From Malacoraja senta (taxonomy: Eukaryota): a stretch of DNA of 64,000 bases. The position numbers and the translations under genes were made by a program. The notes beneath the pieces were generated by a model, which worked only from the letters and a program-made list of their open reading frames with translations, was not told the origin of the DNA and did no database searches. Each line of letters opens with the position of its first letter. Position 1 is the first letter of the stretch. The stretch is taken from the NCBI GenBank assembly GCA_038087875.1, contig CM075990.1:8434001-8498000 (forward strand), in the 5' to 3' direction. Of this stretch, positions 51,561-64,000 are shown piece by piece.

Positions 51561-52721
51561 CCAACATGAGCATCTGAACACATATTAGCCTCGTCAATAT
51601 ATTCATCTCCATAATATCAATGCATACCACCATGCCTCACATCAACTAGTTTGGAAGTGACAGTGGGTATCTTTGCAATCTCTAGACATGGCAATGCACT
51701 CCTGCGCCAGCTCTCTCTGTCCTTATCTCCATAAATATAGCCTTTCTAATCTCTGCAACTATCAAACCATTTGAAATCTACAAAGAAAAAATAGAATTAA
51801 ATGTTTTTTTTCCCCCATTTCGTCTCTGTAAAAATGGAGCTGATTTACATTCCAGTGTGAATGGTGGAGGTGGATGGAATGAGTCATCCCGTGAATCTGT
51901 CGCTTGTCCCATCATTGCTGTTATTTATAGTATGAGACAGCACCCATAAAATAATTTCAAAATGTTAGCTTGTACACCATGACAAATTGCAAAGACCAAA
52001 AATGCTGTGAGGTTTGACGTGTCGTGTTACTGGGAAGATACAAGCGATTGAGTATCTTATATTCTCAGAGGCAGGGGGGTGGGGGAGTGCAGGATGTTGT
52101 GGTGGGTGGTGGGATCATGGTTTTGGGCAGATCGGGGACTGGCCACGAAGTCAAGACTGAGGTGAAATGTCTCTTTTTATTTTAAGAGATGTACTTAAAA
52201 GGAGGTAAAAATCATGGGTTGAATATCTACGGACATTTCTGAGCGCTTGCCATAGATGGGAAAGATTTAATGGGAATGTAATGGGGCAATCTTTGTACAC
52301 GGAGGGTGGTGGGTATATGGAACGAGCTGCCAGAGGTGATAATTGAGGCAGGTACTATAATGACATTTAAAAATCTTTGCAGGAAAAATGTTCCCCATGT
52401 TGGGGGAGTCCAGAACCAGGGCTCACGGTTTAAGAATAAGGGGTAGGCCATTTAGGACTGAGATGAGGATTTTTTTTTTTTTACCCAGAGAGTTGTAATT
52501 CTGTGGAATTCTCTGCCACAGAAGGCAGTGGAGGCCAATTCACAGGATGTTTTCAAGAGAGAGTTAGATTTAGCTCTTACGGCTAAAGGAATCAAGGAGA
52601 TATGGGGAAAAAGCAGGAACGGGTTACTGATTTTGGATGATCAGCTATGATATTGAATGGCGGTGCTGGCTCGGGGCCGAATGGCCCACTCTTGCACCTA
52701 TTTTCTATGTTTCTATTGAAA

Positions 52722-53288
52722 ATACACACAAAAAGCTGGAGTAACTCAGCGGGACAGGCAGCATCCCTGGAGAGAAGGAATGGGCGACGTTTTGTGTCAA
52801 GACCCTTCTTGAGACTGGTTAGGGATAAGGGAAACAATAGATATAGACAGTGATGTGGAAAGATAAAGAACAATGAATGAAAGATATGCAAAATAGTAAT
52901 GATGATAAAGGAAACAGGCCATTGTAAGCTGTTTGTAGGGTGAAAATGAGAAGCTAGTGCGACTTGGGTGGGGGAGGGACAGAGAGAGAGGGAATGCCAG
53001 GGCTACCTGAAGTGAGAGAAATCAATTTTCATACCACTGGGCTGTTAGCTGCCCAAGTGAAATATGAGATGTTAACCTTCCAATTTGCGTTTAGCTTCAC
53101 TCTGACAATGGAGGAAACCGAGGACAGAAAGGTTTACGTAGGAATGGGAAGGAGAATTAAAGTGTTTAGCAACCGGGAAATCAGGTTGGTTCAAGTGGGC
53201 TGAACAAAGGTGTTCCACGAAACGATCGCCCAGTCTGCGTTTGGTCTCGTCGATGTATAAGAGTTCACATATTGAACAACAGATACAG
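52722..53288 (-). mobile_element. Penelope-like 3' fragment/pLTR
   Basis: LLYIDETKRRLGDRFVEH remnants on the - strand plus pLTR. Confidence 0.82.
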
Positions 53289-53917
53289 TAGATATCTGTA
53301 TTTCTATGTTTCTAGGTACATGCATAGGAAAGGTTCGGAGGGATGTGGACCAGACATGGGCAGATAAGACTAGTGTAGATGGGGCATCATGGATAAGTTG
53401 GGCCAAAGGACATGTTTCCACACTGTGAGACTCATCTTTAATCCTATGAGTCCTTGCAGACCATCGATCACCTGTTCACACTAGTTGTAGGTTCACCCAC
53501 CTTCCCGTCCACACCCTATGCATTAGGAGTGATTTTTACAGATGCTAATTAACCTATAAATCCCATGTATTTGGGACGTGGGAGGAAGCTGTAGCATCCG
53601 GAGGAAACCCGCACAGTCAAAGGGAGAACATGCAAATGGCACATAGTCGGCACCAGAGATCAGTGTCTCTGGCGTTATGAGGCAGCAGCTCTACCAGCCA
53701 CACCACTGTGCAGTCCCCTTACATTGCTTGCATGAAAATAATTCAGGAATGGGGCTCAAAATCCAATATCCTTTATCCCAGGGGCTGAGCTGCCAGGTAA
53801 ATCAAGCCAATAGTGATTTGTACTGACCCGTCAACATGGTAGCATTTTTGAGACGGTGGCATATAAATTTAAAAGCAGCTGATAGTGTAAAAGTTGTAGT
53901 TAGGGTAAGCCTCAAAT

Positions 53918-54373
53918 GACATCCAGAAATGACACAAATGTATTTAATCCCATATCCCACGATATATAGGTCTTGATAACTCCACTGGTGGCTGCTGTTG
54001 TAATGGAGGTCATTTATCCATTAATCTCTTGAACAATAACTTTGACCCCATTGGGAGATTAGAAATGCCCAGAGAGTGATTGAAAAGCCGAGTTCAGTTG
54101 ACACCGTGGACTCTGACAGCCAGCTGAAGCTATTTCATAAAATCTGCTCATATGCTTTGACATTTACTCTGAGTGATTAAGAGCAACGCTGCTCCTATGA
54201 AAGTTAATCCAAACATAACATACAGCCGGTATCTGGGCAATTCCAAATCCAGTACTAATAATGATGTGATGATCAGCTATATTTCTGCATTGGGTCTGAC
54301 TGTTTATGTGGGTGGATGCCTTGCACCTCTTCGCACTCTGTGAAGAGGAGTCTATCCTGTCTAATATGGTTCC
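53918..54373 (+). repeat. About 450-bp diverged local duplication, copy 2
   Basis: Collinear with 51129-51560. Confidence 0.9.
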
Positions 54374-55685
54374 TTCCTCCTTGTTAGGGATCCCGGGATA
54401 GAGTGATCTAATGGAAATGAGAATTACACTGATGGGGGATCTTTAGGTTGGACTTGCATCAGAACATGAACGCTTTAAGATGAACCTTTAGTAAAATATA
54501 TAGGATGGGGTTATGGAGTTCAGCAAGGAACAATAAGGTTTAAAAGTAGAAAATGCCAGAAACACTGAGTGGGTCAGGCAGCATCTGTGGAAAATAAACA
54601 GAGTTAAGGTTTGAGGAGAGAGTCACTGGGGTTGTTTTTTCTTTCCCCTCTCTATCCCAGTTCTGACGAGGAACCATTGACCTGAAACACTCTCAGTTTC
54701 TCTTTCCTTTCCATGGATGTGTCCTGATCTGCAGAGTGGTTGTAGCATTTTCTGTTTTTGTTCCAAATTGCCAACATGAAGGAGCTATAAGCAAGAGTTC
54801 CGATGGGGTAGGAGGCATTAAATGTCAAAAACAATGGTGCAATGTGAGAGGATGAGTCTCATCTCAAAGAGACCCCAAAGGTGTTGTGAACAAGTGCAAT
54901 GGAACATTGGAATGGACTGAGGCCAAAACACAAACTGATTGATCTTTTTTCACATAAAAGGTTGATAGATTTGACTGGGCAGGTATATTCTTGCTGAGGT
55001 AGGCTCAGATCTATGTAATTACCCAAATGAAATGCAAGAAAGCTTTTAAGAATTTGGTCATAAATCCTTCCAATTAGTGCTTCCCTGTTTTGCTAGACTT
55101 GTTGTCTATAAATTCTTTAATGACCTCTCTGCCGTCTCATCACGACACACTACCGTTCCTAACTTGAACTGTTCTTCAGATTGTCCTTGGAATCTGAAAT
55201 CTAAATCTAGAGCCCCTGTGTGTTTTTTTATCCTTGGCAAAATCCCTCTTTCTCCCCGCCAAACTCAGAATACACACAAACAGTGACACTCACTGCTCTG
55301 TTTCCAGCTCTCCCCTCGTTCCCTGACTAGCAAGACGTTGACATTCCCTCACCAACCCTACCCTTACCTCTCAGATCTGACTGATTTACAGCCGAACATG
55401 ACACAGCAGGAAGAGCGGACAGGAGGGGACTCTCTCATTCTCCTTGGTCTGGGAACCACCCTTGCGAGAGTCACAGTCGTAGAGCGTGGCAAGAGGTATT
55501 TCAGTCCATTGAGTCTATGTCTTTAAATTCAATGATTAATAATTTTTATTGAACATTTTATGCAGAATATAACATTTTTCTTCAATCCTTGCATTCAGAA
55601 GGAAATATTTGGCAGAAATCTGAGTGGAGATACTGAGGATGAGATAGACTAATGCGTTATGCTCCTCAGATGCACTGTAATCTAA

Positions 55686-55864
55686 AGGGCCTGTTCCACT
55701 TGGGTGTCATTGCGCGCAAAGATTTTGTGAATCCCAAAATCCTGGGGCGCCGCACGCATCACTGCCTACGCCACCACACCTCACCACGTGCCAGGCGCAC
55801 TTCACGACGCGTAAATGATGTTGCGTAAATGACGTGCAAACGACCCCCAAGTGGGACAGGCCCT
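55686..55864. mobile_element. Harbinger/PIF-like MITE (179 bp)
   Basis: TIRs AGGGCCTGTTCCACTTGGG / CCCAAGTGGGACAGGCCCT; TAA TSD. Confidence 0.9.
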
Positions 55865-56639
55865 TAAAGCATTAGATTAAGTACAAGCATTCAGGTTGAT
55901 GACAACTCATTACTTTCGTCAAAATAATGGATACAGTGGGTAATTCGACCTTGGCGATAGCATTGAAGCCAATTTGTGCAGAAACCACCTTTGGGCGGAA
56001 ATGTGTGATACCTCAAAGGAAATGTAGAGTTGTACATGCCTGTCCCCTTACTCTTGGCTGAAGATAGACACAACATGCTTGAGAAGGAATGGGTGACGTT
56101 TCGGGTAGCGACCCTTCTTCAGACACAATGGGTGAAGTTTCGGGTCGAGACTCTTCTTCAGAAGTTACTCTCATCTCTCTCTAATGGCCCCAGAGACTTC
56201 CAACATGAATGACTTCTCATATCTAAAACAATTACCGTTAGATGTATGATAATAAATGAGTTGAGACGTGCATTTTATTAAGTGTTCTCTGAAGTTACAT
56301 TTTGCCTTAATATTTACAGAGATAAAATCAATGCCATTCCACCTCATATTCCATTTGTTTGGTCCTTTTGATTGGCATAATATGGTTAAAGGTCAGCATT
56401 AATGGTCCATGATTCACCAAACTCCTTCAGTCTTATTACAGTGCCATTACCATGACTTTTCTTTAGAAGGTCAGGTATTCAGATGTCACTGTTGACAGGG
56501 CTTTTCAGAGATTAACTCTAAGCACATCCTTGATGGGTATAAAATCATTTTCAATTTACCCCAGCTGTCACACAGCATAATTATCGCATCCTCTGCCTCT
56601 GGGTTATGAGCATTCATATCAAAATGCTGAAAAGATATG

Positions 56640-57105
56640 AGGCTGTTACCAGGACTAGAGGGTCTGAGCTAAAGGGAGAGGTTGAGTAGGCTGGGACTCT
56701 ATTCCTTGGAGCGCAGGAGGATGAGGGGTAATCTTATAGAGGTGTATAAAATCATGAGAGGAATAGATCGGGTAGATGCACAGAGTCTCTTGCCCAGAGT
56801 ATGGGGGAATCGTGGACTAGAAGATATAGGTTTAAGGTGAAGGGGAAAAGATTTAGTAGGAATCTGAGGGGTAACGTTTTCACACATAGGGTGGTGGTGT
56901 ATGGAACAAGCTGCCAGAAGAGGTAGTTGAGGCAGGGACTATCTCACCTTTTGAGAAACAGTTGGACAGGTACATGGATAGGACAGGTTTGGAGTTATAA
57001 GGGCCAAACGCAGGCAGGTGGGACTAGTGTAGCTGGGGCATGTTGGCCGGTGTGGGCAAGTTGGGCCGAAGGGCCTGTTTTCATACTGTATCACTCTATG
57101 ACTAT
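56640..57105 (+). mobile_element. CR1 3' fragment (subfamily with HE1-like tail)
   Basis: RLGLYSLERRRMRGNLIEVYKIMRG remnants; gggccgaagggcctgttt tail ending in ctatga repeats. Confidence 0.8.
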
Positions 57106-57879
57106 GACCAGGAAAGCCAGGATTTCATTAATTCTCATGATCCAGCCTCTATCTGTGAAACAGCTTATTAAGGTTCGGTCATCCACCATTCCAGAGGATC
57201 AGCATTTTCGCCCCAAAAGCCTCGACACGGCATTTAATCACAACAAATGCCGCAAAGTGCCACTTCATCACATCTCCTCAGCTGCCATCTCACTTGTGGA
57301 TTTCATCATGGACAACAGATCTATTAAAATAGTCGACAGCCAGCCTCTTTAAATATCCCGTTGGATCAATACCTGCAATGCTGATTGATGAAGGAGCTAT
57401 TTGCCATGTAGCAATTGATGGTGTCTGGAGATTAATTATTTTTAATGGGTGGCATGGTATAGCCAGGTTGCTGTAAATGTAGCATCACATTGTAGCTGGT
57501 TATTATAGAGAGGTGATTATGGATGAAGATCACAAGCAGGCAAATAATACAGGCAGCATATTGGGCTAATAATGACCCAACCCATCACCATCTTCTTACT
57601 TTTTGTCATTGTCTTCTTCAATGTTCTCCTTTTCTTCACGATCCTCTTCTCTACCATCCTTCCCTTCTTACCCTTCCACATCTTGGTGCACGGTGGCGCA
57701 ACAGTAGAGGTGCTGCCCTACAGTGCCAGAGACCCGGGTTTCATCCTGACTCTGGGTGCCGTTTGTACGGAGTTTGTATGTTCTCCCCGTGACCTGCTTG
57801 GGCTTACTCCAAGATCTTCTAATGTGTGATTGCTGGTCGGTGCAGACCCGGTCATGTTTCTGTGCTGTATCTCTAAACT

Positions 57880-58188
57880 TACTTACTTACTTACTGCCTG
57901 TTATGCCTCCTGGCATCTAGGGCAGCAACGAAGGTCCTCCACTCAGTAGTGTTGATTCCTTCAGTTGCTGTTTCCGTAACATATTTGTTTTACGAGACAG
58001 GGTCGTTAGCCCTGTGCTCAACCTCCAACCTGGAGGACCAGTGGATCGCTCTTCGTCTCGCCTCTACCCTTCGACCTGTCCAGCATGGGAGACCCTAACA
58101 GGAGACGAATCTCCCGCTGGCATAGCTCTAGGGGTCACTGAGACACACAAGCTCCCCGACCACAACAAGGTTGCAATCCAACGGAGAG
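57880..58188 (-). mobile_element. Complete non-autonomous RTE-derived element (5' head fused to 3' tail)
   Basis: (TAAG)n tail; RTE-type head accttgttgtggtcggggagcttg..gagctatg..cctccaggttggaggttgag; 11-bp TSD atctctaaact (57869-57879, 58189-58199); sits inside an HE1 tail. Confidence 0.8.
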
Positions 58189-59007
58189 ATCTCTAAACTA
58201 AACTAAAACTAATTATCCTGATTCTGTGCCTTATGTTCATTAGGCCACAGAGATCCTGGAGGACGAGAGTTTTGTTTTCTTATGTAAAGGAGAACGTAAT
58301 GGATTTTTCTGTGGGTTGCTGTCATGTAAGTATTTCTGAGTCATTTCTGGCAAGCTTTTTCCTAAAGAACATTTCAGCTGTCTTGACCTTGTCAGAAAGT
58401 TTCAGCAAAGCCTAATGTTATGGAGTTATGAATAAGCCCATTTTAAAATCAATCTTCGATTACAGGCGAGGCTAAAAATAAATTAATGGAAAGGTATTGA
58501 AAGTAGGATGGATGCCGCGCAAAGAAACAACAGTCTTTCCTCTTTGTCTGAATATTACTGTGGGAGAGCGGTGCTAATGTGAGAGTAGAGGTGATAATCA
58601 GAAAGAGTTTCTTGTGCGAGGTTCTCAGTGCACGCCAACTGTATTTTTTAATTGTGAATATGCCAGACCCAGGTGGTCATTGTGTGGAGTATGTTGTATG
58701 GTGTGAAATCCTGATATTAAATCAATCACAAATCGGGACAAAAACAAGGCTGTGACAGGATAATTCCTCACCAGGGTTCCCGTTCTCATCCCACTTGCCA
58801 ATACCAACCCCTCCTCCAACCCCTCCCTTAAATATTCAGGCTCAGCTTTAGTAGGAGAGGAACTCAGTCTGGAAGCCTTTCCATATCACAAATTAATGCC
58901 TGAGTTCTTTCTCACTCTATCACGTCTGGCACTGTCCGTGTGGAGTTTAACTGATTTTTCCTGTGGCTGCAAAGGTTTCTACCAAGTCCTTTGGTCTCTC
59001 GGGTTTG

Positions 59008-59303
59008 GGTGGCACGGTGGCACGGCGGTAGAGTTGCTGCCTTACAGCACTTGCAGCACCGGAGACCTGGGTTCGATGCTGACTACGGGTGCAGTCTATA
59101 CGGAGTTTGTACGTTCTCTCTGTGACCGCGCGGGTTTTCTCCGAGATCTTCGGTTTCCTCCCACGCTCCAAAACCTTACAGGTATATGGTGTATGTGTAC
59201 ATTGCCTCCAATGCGTGCAGGATAGTGATAATGTGTTGGTTGGTGCGGACTCGGTGTGCTCAAGGGCGTGTTTCCGCGCAGTATCTCTAAACTAAACTAA
59301 ACT
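59008..59303 (+). mobile_element. HE1-like SINE
   Basis: Head, body and (ctaaa)n tail. Confidence 0.88.
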
Positions 59304-61785
59304 CTCCCTCATCCCCAAATCAAGCTGATAGGGTAACTAGCCATTGTAAATTGCCCCCAGTGTAGGTAAATGGCAAAAGAATCAAAGTGGAATTGATAAG
59401 CATGTGAGAGAGAACAAATGGCAGGGGCACAGGGGAATAAAGAGAGGAGCGAATGAGACTGATGTGGTTACTCTGACTATGGGCCTGATGGATCAGAAAG
59501 GCAAAAGGACACAAAGTACTGGAGTAACTTAGCAGGCCAGGTAGCATCACTGGAGAACATGGACAGGTGACGCTTCAGGTTGGGATCCTTCTTCAGCACT
59601 TTGGGTCCTTCTATATAAACCAGAATCTGCAGTTCCTTGTGTCTACGTCTTGAATGGTCTGAAGAATAGTTCTGATCCAAAACATCACCTATCCATGTCG
59701 TCCAGAGATGCTGCCTGAGCTGCTGAGTTACTCCAGCACTTTGTGTCTCTTTCCTGTGAACGATCGTCCGAAGTTCCTTATTTCCACAGGTAAAAAAAGG
59801 CAATTGGCCACCTTTATCCGGTCTAGTCCATTTGTGACTCCAGCCTTACATGAACTTCCAATGCCCCCTGAAATGGCCTCTAAAGCCACTCAGTTAAAAC
59901 TTAGACAAATAATGACTGAGTTTTCATTTTGCTAATTGTTCCTGGGTCATCGCTACGTGTTTGTGAAAGTCCCATCAAGATGGAGATCTTCTGTTGGGTG
60001 GTTTCTGACACAGGATTGCGCTGGCATTTACTGTTGCTCTATTACAACTAATTGTAGCTGCAATCATTGAGTCACATCAGGGCAAAGACACCAGCCAGTT
60101 CTTAAAGGGACATGCCACCATGATAAGAATCATTCTTCCAGCTGCAGGAGACTGTTGCCACAAAAACATGGATGCTGTAATGATTGGGATAATGAATGAA
60201 TGAATAAGTTTATTGGCCAAGTATTCACATACAAGGAATTTGCCTTGGTGCTCCGCCCGCAAGTGACAACATGACATACAGTGACAGTTAGGAATGACGC
60301 ATAAAACATTAAACATTAAAGGTTGGTAAAGTGAATCCAGGTAGTCAGAAAATTGGCCAGACTTGTGAAGAACAGTGCCCCTAAGAAATATGCTTCTTGT
60401 GCAAGTGGGTCACGGTGACCCCCCCCGGGATTATGGTCATCAGGAGATTGCCAGGATCGTCTCTGCATAAGAATAAAGTGTCTGGAATTTAGAAGTTTGG
60501 TGTCCCTGTGCCTGCTCTACCTTTTCCACAACGTGAAGTAGATGATCTCTCCTCTCTGAGGATGGTCTTCGGGTGACCTTCAGAAGGGGCAGCAACTTTG
60601 GGATGTGGCACAGATCATTGATTACCTTCCCTCACAGTGGGGAACGTTGATTCCGCTGTGTGGGGAGGTTCATGTTAAATTCTATCGTGTTTGTTGTGTT
60701 CCTTTTATTCGTATGGCTGTAGGGTAACTCAAATCTCACTGTGTACCCATTGGTGCATGCGACAATAAATGTGAACTTGAACTTGAGATCAGCAGTGGGA
60801 GCGTGGGATGACCCTGAGGCTGGGAGGTTGGGAGTCACTAAATGCCTTGTCTTCAAGGGACAAGCAGTCTAGGTGTTCTTCAGATCAGTGAGTTTGAACA
60901 TTTGGGTAGTGACAAACTTTAGGCATCACTCCTCTAATGAAGTTCTGATGAAGAGTCTGTCACCCAAGATATTGGTGATTGTCTTCAGGGTGCAAGGAGT
61001 GGAAGTAGATTGAATGAACGATACTTTATCATCACACGCGACATGTGGCAGTGAAATTCTCTGTTTTGCGTGCCATTGCGTACAATGTTGGGTGCCGACA
61101 AGTCTCCAATGTTGTCCCAATGATCCCTCTCTGTTCTCGGCGCTCACCGCCATGCTGGGTCCCCCTTTGTTCTCTTCCCCCCCCCCATGTAGATTTATCA
61201 CAACTCCAAGTGAAGCTACAGGCTAAACATTCACCTCCACATACTGATCCCACAGTGCCGGCATCCTCCTTTTACTTGACCACCAGTCCCCAGCTCTCAA
61301 TCTCCACACATTCCTCCAACCTTCCAGAACTGTTTACTCCCCCAAAATATAGATTTTTAAGACAATTTGTTGTAGATAAAAGAACTGTGTGTGTTTGAAA
61401 CTAGGTTGAACTGGAGAAGAGTATATCGTTGTATCTGTTCCCCGAGGTCATCTGCCGTGGAACTTTAAACCTCTCCGTTCTGGAAGCTTATTGACTCGCA
61501 GAAAAGCTTTTACTAACAAAAGCAAAAAATGTTGAATGCACTCAGCGGGCCAGGCAGCATCAGGGGAAAGAGAAAAAAAGTTCATGTTTCTGGTCAAAGA
61601 CTTTGTCAGAACTGATAGATCAACTCTGTTCCTCTTTCCACAGATACTGCCTGACCTGTTGAATGTTTTCACCATTTTCTGTTTTTAGTTTCAGATTAAC
61701 AGCATCTTTAGATTTTGTTCATAATTTGTACTCACCCTATTTCCCTTGAACTATGTTAGATTGGAGCCGATGCTCAGATAGTATT

Positions 61786-62000
61786 AAAGATAGACACAAA
61801 ATGCTGGAGTAACTCAGTGGGACAGGCAGCATACCTGGATAGAAGGAATAGGTGACTGCGCCATTTGAAGGTCATCTCGACTTGAAATGTCACCCATTCC
61901 TTCTCTCCAGAGATGCTGCCTGCCCGCTGAGTCACTCCAGCATTTTGTGTCTATCTTTGGTGTAAACCAGCATCTGTAGTTCCTTCTTACACATTTTGTC
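61786..62000. mobile_element. Fold-back Penelope-derived insertion
   Basis: Inverted arms; 15-bp TSD tgctcagatagtatt (61771-61785, 62001-62015). Confidence 0.88.
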
Positions 62001-63297
62001 TGCTCAGATAGTATTCTTTGCCCTTCAGATTTGAGACCTCTGTGTTAAAATCCAATCTCATGTGCATCTGGACTACTCTGACTGTGAAGGTTAGGGGTAG
62101 AGTCAGTCTGAGCTTCGTGGCCTCATGGTCATCCCCAGCTGTGGCCACTAATCCCTGCCATCTCTCACAGTTTGCTGCGCTCTACTTCATTAGGCAGTTA
62201 TCCAAGCTCCACACTCCTTACTCCAGAGGGAAGACCTCAACTACTTACCCAACTACTTGCAGCATTAGGCAGAGCACGCACAAGGATTTGTAAGTAGTGC
62301 AGTATTTGGACATTTATAGCCGGTAATTCTTGCAGTTTTACAGTATACGGTAAACTCCTCAGCTGCAGCCCTATGGGTCTCTGTGGCTTACTTGTACCAG
62401 AACATGCCTGTTGTCGGGACCATTGTTCACTGGTCTCCCTCGTTCTCTCTGAGTCTACTATCCGGCTCCCCCCTCTCAACAGTGCAGCACCCGCTCTCCG
62501 CTGTAATTAAACGCGTGCTGCTGTAGCACTGTGGGTCTCACGAGCTGCCTTCCGAGGTCACAGCTGTGTCCCACAGTAGATCAATGGAGAACGCTGCACG
62601 AAGCTGAAACAGTGTAGTGATACACAGAGACAACACTGTTCTCTGAACCCAGGAGTTAAAGATTGAAATCTTTATGGGACATGTACCAACAGTATTAGAG
62701 TGATGCCCAGCGCGGGTTTAACACCATTTAAATATAGTAAAATGGTTCCTTGTCCTAATTCTGTTGTTTTCCAAGAAAATCTCCAGACACATTCTAAGAA
62801 TTTTTATTTTGGTTAAATCCGAACTTGAATGCATGTCGATTGCTTTCTAAAAGCTATTTTACTAGCTGCTAATGTTGGCGTGCAGATTCACCCTGGGCTA
62901 TTCCATTTTGGTCGCTCCTATTACAATGCTGTTGATGGAAACAAAAGCCAAACAGGATGTAAAAATACCGCCAGTGGACTAATCTCCAAGGTGAATTACA
63001 CTCCTTTGTTATAAAACTGTGTGTGGATTCAATCTATCTGCTGCTTTCTGATTTGATGTGACAGTCCGTACTCATTATTTGTGCTTGCAATGGTTCGAAA
63101 TGTGCGGTCACCATGACAACGGCACTATACATGCATCAGAGTTGTTTGACTCCACTTTGCCAGTTGTTTTACAGTCTCAATCATCCTTATAAAGTAATGA
63201 TTTCAGGGCTATGGAGAGGGCAGGAAAGATATTCACTAAGATGGTGCAGGAAGGAACTGCAGATGCTGGTTTAAACCGAAGATAGACACAAAGTGTA

Positions 63298-63570
63298 TGA
63301 ATATGAATAGGTTTATTGGCCAAGTATTCACATACAAGGAATTTGCGTTGGTGCTCCGCCCACAAGTGACAACATGACATTTAGTGACAGATAAGAATGA
63401 TACATAAAACATTATACAATAATAATAAAATTATTGAATTAAATAAAATACCAGATCAAAAGGAGGCTACAGATTTTTGGTTATTGAGTAGAACTACTAC
63501 TCGTGGAAAAAAGCTGTTTTTATGCCTGGCTGTGGCAGCTTTGACAGTCCGGAGTCGCCTTCCAGAGGGA
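63298..63570 (-). mobile_element. Rex1/Babar 3' end nested in a pLTR-derived repeat
   Basis: Same family as 36229-36660; the pLTR repeat resumes at tgctggagtaactcagc. Confidence 0.82.
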
Positions 63571-64000
63571 TGCTGGAGTAACTCAGCGGGACAGACAACA
63601 TCTCTGGAGAGAAGGAATGGGAGACATTTCGGGTTGAAACCCTTCTTCAGACTAGGTGGTCCTTTGATGGTTCACTAGGCACACTAAGAATGGGAACGGA
63701 AACGAGAGACTTTATAGGAAGTAAGTGCTGACATTGCACCTCTTTTCAATGGAACCATTAAAGAGTTTTTGAAAACTGAGAGATTTGATCCATTAAACTA
63801 CAAAAAAACAAAGTCATTCCTACTCAGTGTTGAATCAGTGACAAAAATGTATAAATTGAAAATCATAGACAAAGAAGATTTTGTTTTCAACTTTTTTCTC
63901 AACCAGAAAAAGAATCCTATCCAGGGAAACTGCTAAATAATTCAACAAGTACGATTTTTTAATAGAAAGGAAGTAGAATGATTGAACACCTCACTGTTTG

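Overview
Eukaryotic, repeat-dominated DNA, very probably intronic or intergenic sequence from a cartilaginous fish (skate or ray). This is inferred from abundant HE1-type tRNA-derived SINEs and HER1-type CR1 LINEs. There is one 200-N assembly gap. I can support only one host protein-coding exon (20290-20495, + strand); I did not recognise the gene. Nearly all long ORFs come from decayed retroelements: CR1/HER1, L2, L1, Rex1/Babar, RTE, Penelope-like and a Gypsy-like gag. hAT- and Harbinger-type MITEs and microsatellites are also present. The most notable signals are: (i) roughly 25-30 short Penelope-derived insertions, many carrying a minimal hammerhead-ribozyme core, often as fold-back hairpins with target-site duplications (TSDs) and twice as tandem cores; (ii) a complete 309-bp RTE-derived element whose 5' end can be drawn with HDV-ribozyme topology; (iii) an 823-bp miniature LTR retroelement; (iv) a 5'-inverted L1 insertion; (v) a perfect snap-back palindrome at a LINE 5' junction inside a templated local duplication. 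All calls were made by eye, no search was run, and ends of degraded repeats are approximate.
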